From positions 1 through 53,978 of IMG/VR virus record IMGVR_UViG_3300035703_004045: a DNA stretch of 53,978 nucleotides; one strand, given 5' to 3'. The DNA is from a virus. Taxonomy: Duplodnaviria; Caudoviricetes. This document shows positions 19,937-28,353 of the stretch, one piece after another. Positions within the stretch are counted from its first letter, which is position 1, and each line of letters opens with the position of its first letter. The translations under genes were made by a program, and so were the position numbers. The notes below the pieces were generated by a model, which saw nothing but the letters and a program-made list of their open reading frames with translations, ran no database searches and was not told the DNA's origin.

Positions 19937-20581
19937 TCAGCCCAAGACCTTGAGCTCACTCTCAATCTGCGCCGCCAGCCGTGGAACACGCCGCAGCACC
20001 AGCCGCTCAATATCCAGTCGTTTCTTGAGCAACACCCGGGGCACCAGTACCGCAATCGGAATGTCCGCACCGCGTTTGATACGCTGGATACCTTCGGCTT
20101 TGCGGTAGCGGCGCTTAAACCCTGACAAGGTGCGCGCTTGTTCTTTGATGTTCTCGGCCATCAGCACCACGTTACCCTTGGCGTTTTTGATAAAGTAGGC
20201 ATTGCCACTGCGCATCAAATCGGCAATCTGTGCCTTGAAACGCTTGCGACCAACACGGCCATGCAAGGGAATCAGCATCTTCGCTGAAATAGTCCCGCCT
20301 TTTTCGTGCATCCCGACCCAAGGAATCTTTGAGCCCACATACAGCGCGGGCAAACGCGTGCTATCTTTATTCAGCAGCCGCGCATCAAAGCCTTTGAGGA
20401 AAGACTTCTTTACCACTGTGAGTTGGGATGCGACCTGGCTGCGCATTTCCTGCTTGATTGCCTGCGCCTCCTTGTCCATGGCCTTGGCCACAGCCGCCTT
20501 GACCTTGTCCCGAAACTCGCCACCCCAACGGCGCAATTGCGCCTGTGCGCGGGTACTGTCTATACGCAGGGAGATTTTCAT
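19937..20581 (-). CDS. Basic phage tail-region protein (DUF6441-like)
   Basis: 214 aa, very basic, in tail operon; family from memory. Confidence 0.65.
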   Translation of the reverse strand: MKISLRIDSTRAQAQLRRWGGEFRDKVKAAVAKAMDKEAQAIKQEMRSQVASQLTVVKKSFLKGFDARLLNKDSTRLPALYVGSKIPWVGMHEKGGTISAKMLIPLHGRVGRKRFKAQIADLMRSGNAYFIKNAKGNVVLMAENIKEQARTLSGFKRRYRKAEGIQRIKRGADIPIAVLVPRVLLKKRLDIERLVLRRVPRLAAQIESELKVLG

Positions 20582-20604
20582 GGGAAGGGTAACGATTGCA
20601 GGTA

Positions 20605-20883
20605 TTACAGGTTTTGCAGGCGTTGCAGGGTTTTGTCTAGGTGTGGGGCATCAGCGCGGCTACCGATGGCAATCAGCGATAGCAATTGCGCATCCCGCAG
20701 TGCCTGACAGTGCGCAGCGGCAGCGCTAAAGCCTTGCAGCTGTGCCAGGGTATAGTCCAGAATATCGGGCAGCCGGTGTCCGTGACCGATCAAGCCTTGG
20801 ACGAGGTTAAACCAGTGCTCTGGGCGGCCTGCGCTGGTAGACGCTGCATCAGACCGTGCAACTGTGGCAGCACCGTGCGCGTA
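20605..20883 (-). CDS. -1 frameshift extension of tail assembly chaperone (gpT-like)
   Basis: Frame opens at T-TTT-TTT (20889-20883) and runs to TAA at 20605; no convincing independent start. Confidence 0.7.
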   Translation of the reverse strand, partial: YAHGAATVARSDAASTSAGRPEHWFNLVQGLIGHGHRLPDILDYTLAQLQGFSAAAAHCQALRDAQLLSLIAIGSRADAPHLDKTLQRLQNL

Positions 20884-21185
20884 AAAAAATCAGCATTGAC
20901 CTCCACCACCTTGGCCGCCAGCAGCAAGGCTTCATCGGCGCTTAAGTCTTGCACCCACTCGATCGGTTTTTTACAGGCCACCGCCAATGCACACAGCAAA
21001 TCGTCGCCGCGCTCTGCCAGCAACCCCAGCCAGTCAATCTCTGCGCCACCGAAGTGAGTAAGCAAGGGTTGCAAAGCGCGTAAAAACGTCGGCAGTTGCC
21101 CGACCTTGAGTGGGCTGATTTGTAGCGTTTCTCCGGCAATCTGTAATGCTTGCGGGGTGGCGGTAAGTTGTTCGAGTTCGGTCAT
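20790..21185 (-). CDS. Tail assembly chaperone (gpG-like)
   Basis: Start at MTELEQ; follows tail tube gene; contains slippery site in VNADFF. Confidence 0.7.
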   Translation of the reverse strand: MTELEQLTATPQALQIAGETLQISPLKVGQLPTFLRALQPLLTHFGGAEIDWLGLLAERGDDLLCALAVACKKPIEWVQDLSADEALLLAAKVVEVNADFFTRTVLPQLHGLMQRLPAQAAQSTGLTSSKA

Positions 21186-21219
21186 GATGGTTACCTGGTA
21201 TTTGTGTAAAGATTCAATC

Positions 21220-21996
21220 TCAGCCGAGCAATTGGATGCGTCCAAACTGTCCCAGCACGGCGTCCATTGGTTTGCTGGCATCGGCCAACAGTGAGCCTTC
21301 CATTTCAAACTTGTTGTAGTCGTTGGAGATGAAGGAGATTTCTTTCAACGGGTCAAACGCCACCCGGTACAACTCAACCAGCACCTTGGCATTGGCCTGC
21401 GCGGTATTGAGTCCTTCCAGCCGCAAATAGCGTTCCGGCAAGGCTTGGGTAAAGATACCAATCTCGGTGCTGGCACCAAAGGTGTAGCTCGCGCGCAGTG
21501 GCGCGGTGTAGGGAGCCGGTGGGCTGCCACCGTCATGCAGCCGTAGCAACTGCAGCGCTCCAAAGTCTTTGTCGACCGTGTAGTCCAGACCCTCGATCAG
21601 CGTGGCGGGGGTAGCACTGCTGTCTTGCAGCACCAAACTGCCGATTTTAGGATGCGCCAGAAAGTAGCGTTCAGCCAGTGTCGGCATTGATCCGGCCACC
21701 TCTTCGTTGCTGACACTGCCTGGACTGGCCAACACATAGTTCCCGTATAGCGCCAAGGCCAGGTTTTCTTTGGTGAACTCTTCGATGGTCAGGGTGACAC
21801 TGGCAGACTTTTGTTTGACCATGCGATGATCGAGTGTGCGCTGGCCACTTTGACTCTCGTAGTGCTCCAGCACATCGGTTTTGAGCGACAGTTTCAACTC
21901 TGCTACATTGCCGGGTGAGCGCACCTCAATGGGTTTGCCCTCGCTGTCGCGTTTACCCAGATAGACACGGCCTTGGAATGATGCATAGGTACTCAT
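21220..21996 (-). CDS. Major tail tube protein
   Basis: 258 aa after tail terminator; FQGRVYLG...GNVAELKLS. Confidence 0.75.
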   Translation of the reverse strand: MSTYASFQGRVYLGKRDSEGKPIEVRSPGNVAELKLSLKTDVLEHYESQSGQRTLDHRMVKQKSASVTLTIEEFTKENLALALYGNYVLASPGSVSNEEVAGSMPTLAERYFLAHPKIGSLVLQDSSATPATLIEGLDYTVDKDFGALQLLRLHDGGSPPAPYTAPLRASYTFGASTEIGIFTQALPERYLRLEGLNTAQANAKVLVELYRVAFDPLKEISFISNDYNKFEMEGSLLADASKPMDAVLGQFGRIQLLG

Positions 21997-22053
21997 GGTT
22001 TGCGATCCTTAAAAATTGGGGTGGAAGGACAGAAAGTAAAAAACGAGATTGAT

Positions 22054-22500
22054 TCAGGCCTGGACGGAGATGTCGGCAATCAGAGTGCGGTAGGTGATCT
22101 GGTAGCGCGCAGAAGCGCTGCAGGCAATCGCATCGGCGTCCTCCACTTCCCACTCGGACTCGACCTCGCGCACCGCGATTGCCAGACCACCCAGATTCGC
22201 ATCACGCATCAAAGCGGCATGTGCGGCGCAGAGCAAAGCATCGGCCACGGTCTCTGGAATGACTGGCGGTACGGCACGCGCCAAGGCCGTGATGCGTACC
22301 GTCAATTCACGGGTGACCCGGTCGTTGGCGCGGTCTGCCAGTGATTCGCTCTCCGGAAATACCACCAGCGCCGGACACTGATCGCGATGGATGGCAACAC
22401 TGGGTGAGCGCCACACCGTAGCTGCCTGACTTCTTGCCACCGGTGTCAGTACCGCGACGAGGGTTTGCAGGATTTGTTCTCGAATGGAGTGCGTCGCCAT
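22054..22500 (-). CDS. Tail terminator/completion protein
   Basis: SIREQIL N-terminus, CPALVVFP, YQITYRT; position. Confidence 0.65.
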   Translation of the reverse strand: MATHSIREQILQTLVAVLTPVARSQAATVWRSPSVAIHRDQCPALVVFPESESLADRANDRVTRELTVRITALARAVPPVIPETVADALLCAAHAALMRDANLGGLAIAVREVESEWEVEDADAIACSASARYQITYRTLIADISVQA

Positions 22501-22505
22501 CGTCG

Positions 22506-22811
22506 TCACACCCGCATCAGTTTGGCGCACATTTCGGACCCGTCGCCCACAGCCATGACTTCACGCACTTGATACGTCACCCCTTCAATCGTCACCACTT
22601 CACGGCTGCTCAGTCCGACAAAGCAGGACTGGGGGTAGCGAATTTCATAGTCGGTACTAACACCCAAGCCAGACAGCACTTCCTTATCGGGAGCCGTGAA
22701 ACCGACCGGATGGGTTTGCGCCGCAGTGCCGTCGTTGGGTTGCCAGACGCAGGCTTTGAGAAACCCGACGTTAGCAGCAGCCAGATAGATTTTGTCAATC
22801 AGTGTCGTCAT
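22506..22811 (-). CDS. Head-tail joining protein (gpFII-like)
   Basis: 101 aa after capsid; VTIEGVTYQVREV...GDG. Confidence 0.7.
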   Translation of the reverse strand: MTTLIDKIYLAAANVGFLKACVWQPNDGTAAQTHPVGFTAPDKEVLSGLGVSTDYEIRYPQSCFVGLSSREVVTIEGVTYQVREVMAVGDGSEMCAKLMRV

Positions 22812-22824
22812 GGATTGAATCCGA

Positions 22825-23847
22825 TCACGTCGCGGTCAGTTGCACCAGCAGCGCCGGGCGTTGGCACAGTGGCAGCGGGTTGCTTTGGGTGTGCAAGTCG
22901 GTACCTCGCTCAAACGGGCGCGGTGCCTGCTTGGCGTACAGCGGTTGCCCCAGGGTGTTGACGGTTTCATTGAAGTCAGCCGGGGCAAAGTAGGTGGCAA
23001 AGGTGTCGATGGTGCCCAGCGGAAAGGCGTGGGCCTGCTCTGGTTCAATAAAGCGCTGGGTTTTCCAGCCGCCGGAGCCATTGGGTACACTGGCTTCACC
23101 CACGTACTCCTCGAACGTGATTCCGGCAAACACAAAGCCTGCACGCATGTCTGAGCGCAAGGCCTGACCATCGTTCCAGAGCTTGTAGGCCTCTTTGACA
23201 CTGGCATGGCTCACCAGTTTGCTAAAGAATTCGGGTGATACCAGACAATGCACACTGTTCATGCGCTCACCCTGCAGACTGCTGCTGAGATAACGTTTGA
23301 GCTCCAGGCATTTGTCCAGCACCTCGGTTTTGCTGTTGCCCAGCGCAAAGTGGATGGTTTTAGGCGTGATTTTGAACTCGTCATACAGGTTGTAGAGTTC
23401 GCGCCCGTCGGCATCCAGTATCACGCCTTTTAAGGCACCCATGCGCAGGTATTCCAGGGTGGCGGCGTGTTTGCTGCGCATGGTCTCCAGATGTTCCGCC
23501 AGTACCGAAGCAATCGAGGCAAATTCATTTTCTGAGCCAAAGGCACGCAGCCCCAATACTTCTTCGGGCAGCACCACATCGTCATGCGGAATGTGCGGTA
23601 TCACAAAGCTGCGCAGCGTGCGCTTGCCACGCATGCCGACGGTGCCGGGTGAGCCCACCGGTAAGCTCGGCAGTAAGTTCAGTACACCGGCTTTTTCTTC
23701 GAGCACGATAGTACGGGTGCGCACCGGTTTGGCCGGAAACAGCCCGAGTTGCTCAAGTCGGTCGTAGCGGTTCGGAATCAGATTGATGGCAGCGGTCAGC
23801 GATGCCATCGAGAATGCGGGATTGTGAAACGGGTTGTGTATGGCCAT
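22825..23847 (-). CDS. Major capsid protein (lambda gpE-like)
   Basis: Start at MAIHNPF (340 aa); FSMASLTAAIN, IPHIPHDD, TQSNPLPLCQRP. Confidence 0.9.
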   Translation of the reverse strand: MAIHNPFHNPAFSMASLTAAINLIPNRYDRLEQLGLFPAKPVRTRTIVLEEKAGVLNLLPSLPVGSPGTVGMRGKRTLRSFVIPHIPHDDVVLPEEVLGLRAFGSENEFASIASVLAEHLETMRSKHAATLEYLRMGALKGVILDADGRELYNLYDEFKITPKTIHFALGNSKTEVLDKCLELKRYLSSSLQGERMNSVHCLVSPEFFSKLVSHASVKEAYKLWNDGQALRSDMRAGFVFAGITFEEYVGEASVPNGSGGWKTQRFIEPEQAHAFPLGTIDTFATYFAPADFNETVNTLGQPLYAKQAPRPFERGTDLHTQSNPLPLCQRPALLVQLTAT

Positions 23848-23885
23848 GGTGGTTTTCCTGTGCTGTTGTGGTTCAAATAGCGGAC

Positions 23886-24263
23886 TTAAGCGCTGCGGTG
23901 CACCAGAATGCCGCGCGTCTGCAGTTGTTGCTGGGCGGCTTCGCGCTCCGTTTGGGTGATGGTGGCTGGCCAGGTCAGTGCGTGCTGGGCTACTGTGCCG
24001 TGGCGTGCCAGCATCAGGGCATCGTCGCGATCGCTCAAATAGGCATCGCAGTCTTGCAGCAACACGCCACAAGCGACTTCACTGCCATCGGTGGCACTCG
24101 GATCCAGCGCTTTGACCTTGCCGCTGGCACTGACCTGACCCAATACTGTGCCCAGTACCAGGGTTTGGCCGGCCAGCAAAGTGACGCGTTGGCGTGAATA
24201 GAAGCCTTGCTCTTCGAATTTGAGTAAATCGCCAAGATTGAGGGTTTGTTTGATTTCGGGCAT
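23886..24263 (-). CDS. Head decoration protein (gpD-like)
   Basis: LVLGTVLG...DPSATDGSEVACGVL; between protease and capsid. Confidence 0.85.
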   Translation of the reverse strand: MPEIKQTLNLGDLLKFEEQGFYSRQRVTLLAGQTLVLGTVLGQVSASGKVKALDPSATDGSEVACGVLLQDCDAYLSDRDDALMLARHGTVAQHALTWPATITQTEREAAQQQLQTRGILVHRSA

Positions 24264-24287
24264 GGGGTTTCTCCTGGATGAGTGCCG

Positions 24288-25520
24288 TTATTGCGCACCG
24301 ATGCGGGCTTTGACCGCCGCAATCAGGGGGTTGTCGCTGGCTGATGCATTACTGTGTGCGGATGCGCCGCGCTGCGGGTCAATCCGGCTCACAATTTCTG
24401 CGGACTGCTGCGCTTTGGCAGCCAGTAACTGGCTGCGTACCTGGCTGGGTGTCGCTTGGGTCTCTAAAAAACCAGCAATCAGGTCAGTGCGGTCTGCTAA
24501 CGTGCAGCTTTGTGCGATTTCAATGGCGTCTGATAAGGCAAACGGTGCAGCGGTAGCGCCAGCATCTTGGGCAAGTACCGTAGTCGATGGGTCGGATGGT
24601 GTCATGGAGATTTCCTTGTTAAGTGGGGTTTCAGGGAGGGTTGGACGGGCAAGTGGTCGCAACAGCGAAGGAACTGCTGGTCTCAACAGGGACTGGATCT
24701 GCTGGATTGCATCTTCCAGCGTGCCCACGTCATCTGCCAGACCAGAAGCAACGGCATCGGTGCCGAAGTACAGGGCAGCTTGGGTGTTTTTGATGGTGTT
24801 CACGCCGACACCCCGGTGTTTAGCCACCGTGGTGGTAAACAATTCGTAAATTCGGTTGACCTCGATTTGCAAAGACTGCTGCGCTGAGTCGCTCATCGGG
24901 GCATGCGGGTTCAGGTCGTTTTTGCGCTCTCCGGCAAAGACGGCGGTGTAGGCGATGCCGTCCTGTTGGTCTTTGACCGACTGGTCAACGTGCATCGCAA
25001 TCACCCCAATGGAGCCGACACCGCCGGTACGAGACACCAGTACCCGGCTGGCAGCACTGGCCAGGGCATAAGCCGCTGAGAACGCCATGTCATTGGCCAC
25101 CGCCCAGATCGGCTTAATGGCACTAGCGGCACGAATCCGGTCGGCCAGATCGAACACGCCCGAGGATTCACCACCGGGCGAGTCAATGTCCAGCACAATC
25201 GCTGCCACATTCGGGTCGGCCAGCGCACGTTCCAGCATATTGGCAATGCCAGCGTAACTGGTCAGTCCAGATTGCGCATCGAGCCCTTGGGTACGCCGCA
25301 CCAGAGTGCCATAAATCGGAATCACGGCAATGCCCGCGTGCGCCACGCTGCTATCGCTTGCAGTCAGGTTACGCTCAGGCGCAGTAAAGTCGCTCGGTGC
25401 CGAGACATCCGCCAGCCCTACGCGTGTGCCCAGCACCGACAGAATCAAATCCAGCTTGGCTCGATGAATCAGCAGCGGCGCACCCAGTACACGCGCCGCC
25501 AGATGGGGTAACAGGTTCAT
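24288..25520 (-). CDS. S49 family head maturation protease with C-terminal scaffold (gpC-like)
   Basis: LDIDSPGG, AFSAAYALAS, GSIGVI. Confidence 0.92.
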   Translation of the reverse strand: MNLLPHLAARVLGAPLLIHRAKLDLILSVLGTRVGLADVSAPSDFTAPERNLTASDSSVAHAGIAVIPIYGTLVRRTQGLDAQSGLTSYAGIANMLERALADPNVAAIVLDIDSPGGESSGVFDLADRIRAASAIKPIWAVANDMAFSAAYALASAASRVLVSRTGGVGSIGVIAMHVDQSVKDQQDGIAYTAVFAGERKNDLNPHAPMSDSAQQSLQIEVNRIYELFTTTVAKHRGVGVNTIKNTQAALYFGTDAVASGLADDVGTLEDAIQQIQSLLRPAVPSLLRPLARPTLPETPLNKEISMTPSDPSTTVLAQDAGATAAPFALSDAIEIAQSCTLADRTDLIAGFLETQATPSQVRSQLLAAKAQQSAEIVSRIDPQRGASAHSNASASDNPLIAAVKARIGAQ

Positions 25521-27043
25521 GGTTGCGCCTTGTCGGTATGGGGTGTCTCTTTTGCACTGGAATGTGGCATTGCATTGCGATTGGGCTCGGCACTGCCTCC
25601 GTCTTTGGAGGTGTAGCGCGGGTCTGAATCAAAGATCAGCCCGAGTCCGTCGGCACGCAGGTTGTCGGCAGCGATTTCGCGGTCCACGTCTTCGGCGTCG
25701 TAGCCATTGGCAGAAATCGCTTCAGACCGACTCATCAGCCCGGCGCGAATTGCCAGTAGCATCGCTTTGAACTCTTTTTCTGGGTCGACCCACTGCCAGC
25801 CTTGCGGAATCCATTTGGCCGCTAGGTACTGGCGCCGACGCGCCACGCCACCGCGGGCAAAGCCGGGAGCGACCAGCGCACCACTGAGCACAGCTTGTTT
25901 CATCCATGCCGCCCAGACTGGGCGACACAGCTGGTGCACCAGCACGCCATGCTGCACCATCTCGCAGCGCCGACGAAACTCCAGCATGCCAGCCCGGATG
26001 CTCGAATAGTTCACCCCGGTCAAATCTCCGGTCAGCTGCTCATAGGTGATGCCAATTGCCGCAGCCACCGCCCGAAACTGGGCGCGCAAGAACTCGCCAT
26101 AGGAACCACCGACATCGGCCGGATCGGAGAACTTGATATCTTCACCCGGCTCTAAAATCTGCATAGTGCCCGGTTCCAGTCCTGCCAATGCCACGCCGTT
26201 GCTGTTGGGCAGACCTTCGCCGAGCAGGTTGTCTTCCAGACCCTGTCGTGTCACAAACCCGGCAAACATGGCAGCAGTTTTTTTGCGTACCAGCTCCGCG
26301 TCGTCGTACTGATCCAACTCGTTGAGCTTGACCAGTGCCCGCGCCAACCAAGGCTCGCCCCGAATCTGCCCCGGGCGCAATACCCGGTACAGGTGAATGA
26401 TGTCAGCGGCAGGGATGCGCACCGTTTGCAGTCCCCCTTGACCCGACATCGGTGCCAGGGCTCCGTCTTCGGGGTGGGAGCGGTACAGGTGGTAGGCGAC
26501 ACGCCGCCCCATGGTATCGAATTCAATGCCAGAACGGATCACATTGCCCGAATCCAGATCGCGGTTCAGGTGCAGTGGTAAGTGCTCCGGCTCAATGAGT
26601 TGCAGTTGCAGCGGTACCGACAAGCCATCTTCGATGCGGCGCGGACGCAGGCGAATCAGGCATTCGCCGCCTTCGAGCATGGCGCGACACGCCAATGCCT
26701 GTAAACCATAGAAGTCCGTCTGACCGGCAGCGTCGGCTTCCTCGACCCAATCGCGCCACAGGGTTTGCACGGCTGCTTTAAAAGTGTCATCGCTGGCCAG
26801 ACTTTGCGGTTTGATGCCAGTGCCGACCGCATTGGCCACAAAGGCTTCGATCCCTGATTGTGCCCAGGCGTTGCGACGCACCAGATCGCGGCTTTTGCTG
26901 CGCAAGTCCGAGTGCGAGGCCAGCATGGCAGAGACTGCCCCGGGGTTGCCCGGCATCCAGGCCTGGGCACGCGCGCCGCGACCAGCAGCTTCATGCACCG
27001 GGGTCTGACCAAACAGGCTGCGGATAGTTTGGTACCAAGCCAT
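25517..27043 (-). CDS. Portal protein, lambda family
   Basis: 508 aa; SRDLVRRNAWA, RPGQIRGEPW, VNYSSIRAG, WVDPEKE. Confidence 0.95.
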   Translation of the reverse strand: MAWYQTIRSLFGQTPVHEAAGRGARAQAWMPGNPGAVSAMLASHSDLRSKSRDLVRRNAWAQSGIEAFVANAVGTGIKPQSLASDDTFKAAVQTLWRDWVEEADAAGQTDFYGLQALACRAMLEGGECLIRLRPRRIEDGLSVPLQLQLIEPEHLPLHLNRDLDSGNVIRSGIEFDTMGRRVAYHLYRSHPEDGALAPMSGQGGLQTVRIPAADIIHLYRVLRPGQIRGEPWLARALVKLNELDQYDDAELVRKKTAAMFAGFVTRQGLEDNLLGEGLPNSNGVALAGLEPGTMQILEPGEDIKFSDPADVGGSYGEFLRAQFRAVAAAIGITYEQLTGDLTGVNYSSIRAGMLEFRRRCEMVQHGVLVHQLCRPVWAAWMKQAVLSGALVAPGFARGGVARRRQYLAAKWIPQGWQWVDPEKEFKAMLLAIRAGLMSRSEAISANGYDAEDVDREIAADNLRADGLGLIFDSDPRYTSKDGGSAEPNRNAMPHSSAKETPHTDKAQP

Positions 27044-27264
27044 CAGAAGCCCTTGTGGGTGAAGAGTCGAATCTGGCGGGGTGCACCCGGCCAGATGCCG
27101 GTGGCACTGGCTTGCTCCGACAAACCACGCCGCACTTCACGAATCGCTTGGCGCAGTTCTTCGACGGAACGGTATTCCACGGTTTTATCGCCAAACGACA
27201 CGCGCCGTTCGCCTTGGGCCAGGGCAGCCTGCAAGGCCTGCAGTTGGGCATCGGTGTAGGACAT
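27043..27264 (-). CDS. Head completion protein (gpW-like)
   Basis: 73 aa; GERRVSFGDKTVEYRSVEEL; abuts portal. Confidence 0.85.
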   Translation of the reverse strand: MSYTDAQLQALQAALAQGERRVSFGDKTVEYRSVEELRQAIREVRRGLSEQASATGIWPGAPRQIRLFTHKGF

Positions 27265-27331
27265 AAGCTCTCTTTCTTTGCAAGGTAATGGGTCAACGGT
27301 GATGGGGCAAGCCTTATGGCAAATGGGGGGC

Positions 27332-27766
27332 TCAGCGCCACACCGTCAGGTGCAATTCCAGCGGATCAACAGCCAAGCCAAGCAGCGAAGTGCAGCGCAG
27401 CTCCAGGTAGTGCTGCATTTGCGTACCCGTAATGCGGGTACTGGTGGCTGCTACCCAAGGAATCAGCCCCGCATGCTGACCCTGTGCATGCCAGCCGTAG
27501 TGCGTATCGGGCATTTGTGTATCAAAGTAGATCTGGTAGCGACCCACGCCCAGGCGTTTGACCTTGCGCACGTTGAAGGTTCCGAGTAATTCCAGTGCAG
27601 GGGTAGGCTGGGTCTTGGATTTATCCTTTGCTTTACCGTTATCCTTTCCCCGATAAGCAAAGCTGACCCAGGCTTTGGCCAGTCCGCCGTGGTTGGCATC
27701 GATCCGGGTTTTAAGCTCCTGCGCCACACAGCAGGCCAGCGCACTGACGTTTTGCACCAGCGTCAT
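27332..27766 (-). CDS. Hypothetical phage protein, fibre-tip-like
   Basis: AKAWVSF...FNVRKVKRLGVGRYQIYF; 4-nt overlap with upstream gene. Confidence 0.55.
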   Translation of the reverse strand: MTLVQNVSALACCVAQELKTRIDANHGGLAKAWVSFAYRGKDNGKAKDKSKTQPTPALELLGTFNVRKVKRLGVGRYQIYFDTQMPDTHYGWHAQGQHAGLIPWVAATSTRITGTQMQHYLELRCTSLLGLAVDPLELHLTVWR

Positions 27767-28275
27767 ACCGCACTCTCCAGGGTTTGCTCAAAGATGGCCA
27801 CAAAGTCGGCGTCCAAGTCACCGATCTGCGCCAACGACACGGCACCAATGTTCTGTCGGGCCTGTTGTTGCTGCGCCGGGGTCAAGTTTTGCTGAGCATC
27901 AAACCGCACGCGCTGGTTTAAGCTCAACAGCAGTGCTTGCATGCCGGTCTGGTCGTTCAGCAGTGCATCTTGCAGCGCTTGGAAGGTTTCCAGTGCGTTT
28001 TCGGTACCGTTGAGCAGTTCGGTTTTAAGGCTGCGCAGCAAGTCACTGACTTTGCTGGCAGACAGCGCAGTACTGCTGGCTTCGAGATCGGTGTCATCAA
28101 TGAACGCCATCTCACCCAGAGTCTGGATGCGCTGCTGCAAAGCATTGATGGCGGCAACTATGCTCTGTTTCTCATCGGTGCCTAATTCGCTCAAGGCGCC
28201 GATCTGGCTGTGGATGGTTTTAAATTCCGAAGCGAGGCGCAGTACCAGCGATTCGAGGCGTGCATGTAAACTCAT
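27763..28275 (-). CDS. Hypothetical coiled-coil phage protein, fibre-like
   Basis: Start at MSLHARL with AGGAG RBS; IVAAINAL, QQQQARQNIGA. Confidence 0.6.
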   Translation of the reverse strand: MSLHARLESLVLRLASEFKTIHSQIGALSELGTDEKQSIVAAINALQQRIQTLGEMAFIDDTDLEASSTALSASKVSDLLRSLKTELLNGTENALETFQALQDALLNDQTGMQALLLSLNQRVRFDAQQNLTPAQQQQARQNIGAVSLAQIGDLDADFVAIFEQTLESAV

Positions 28276-28316
28276 GGGGCAACTCCTAAGGGTCAAGGGT
28301 TAAAAAGTAAGGAAGT

Positions 28317-28337
28317 AAAAAAGGCACCGCAGTGCCT
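28317..28337 (-). terminator. Intrinsic terminator after terminase large subunit
   Basis: Minus strand AGGCAC-TGCG-GTGCCT followed by T5. Confidence 0.65.
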
Positions 28338-28353
28338 GAATAAAAAACTCGTG

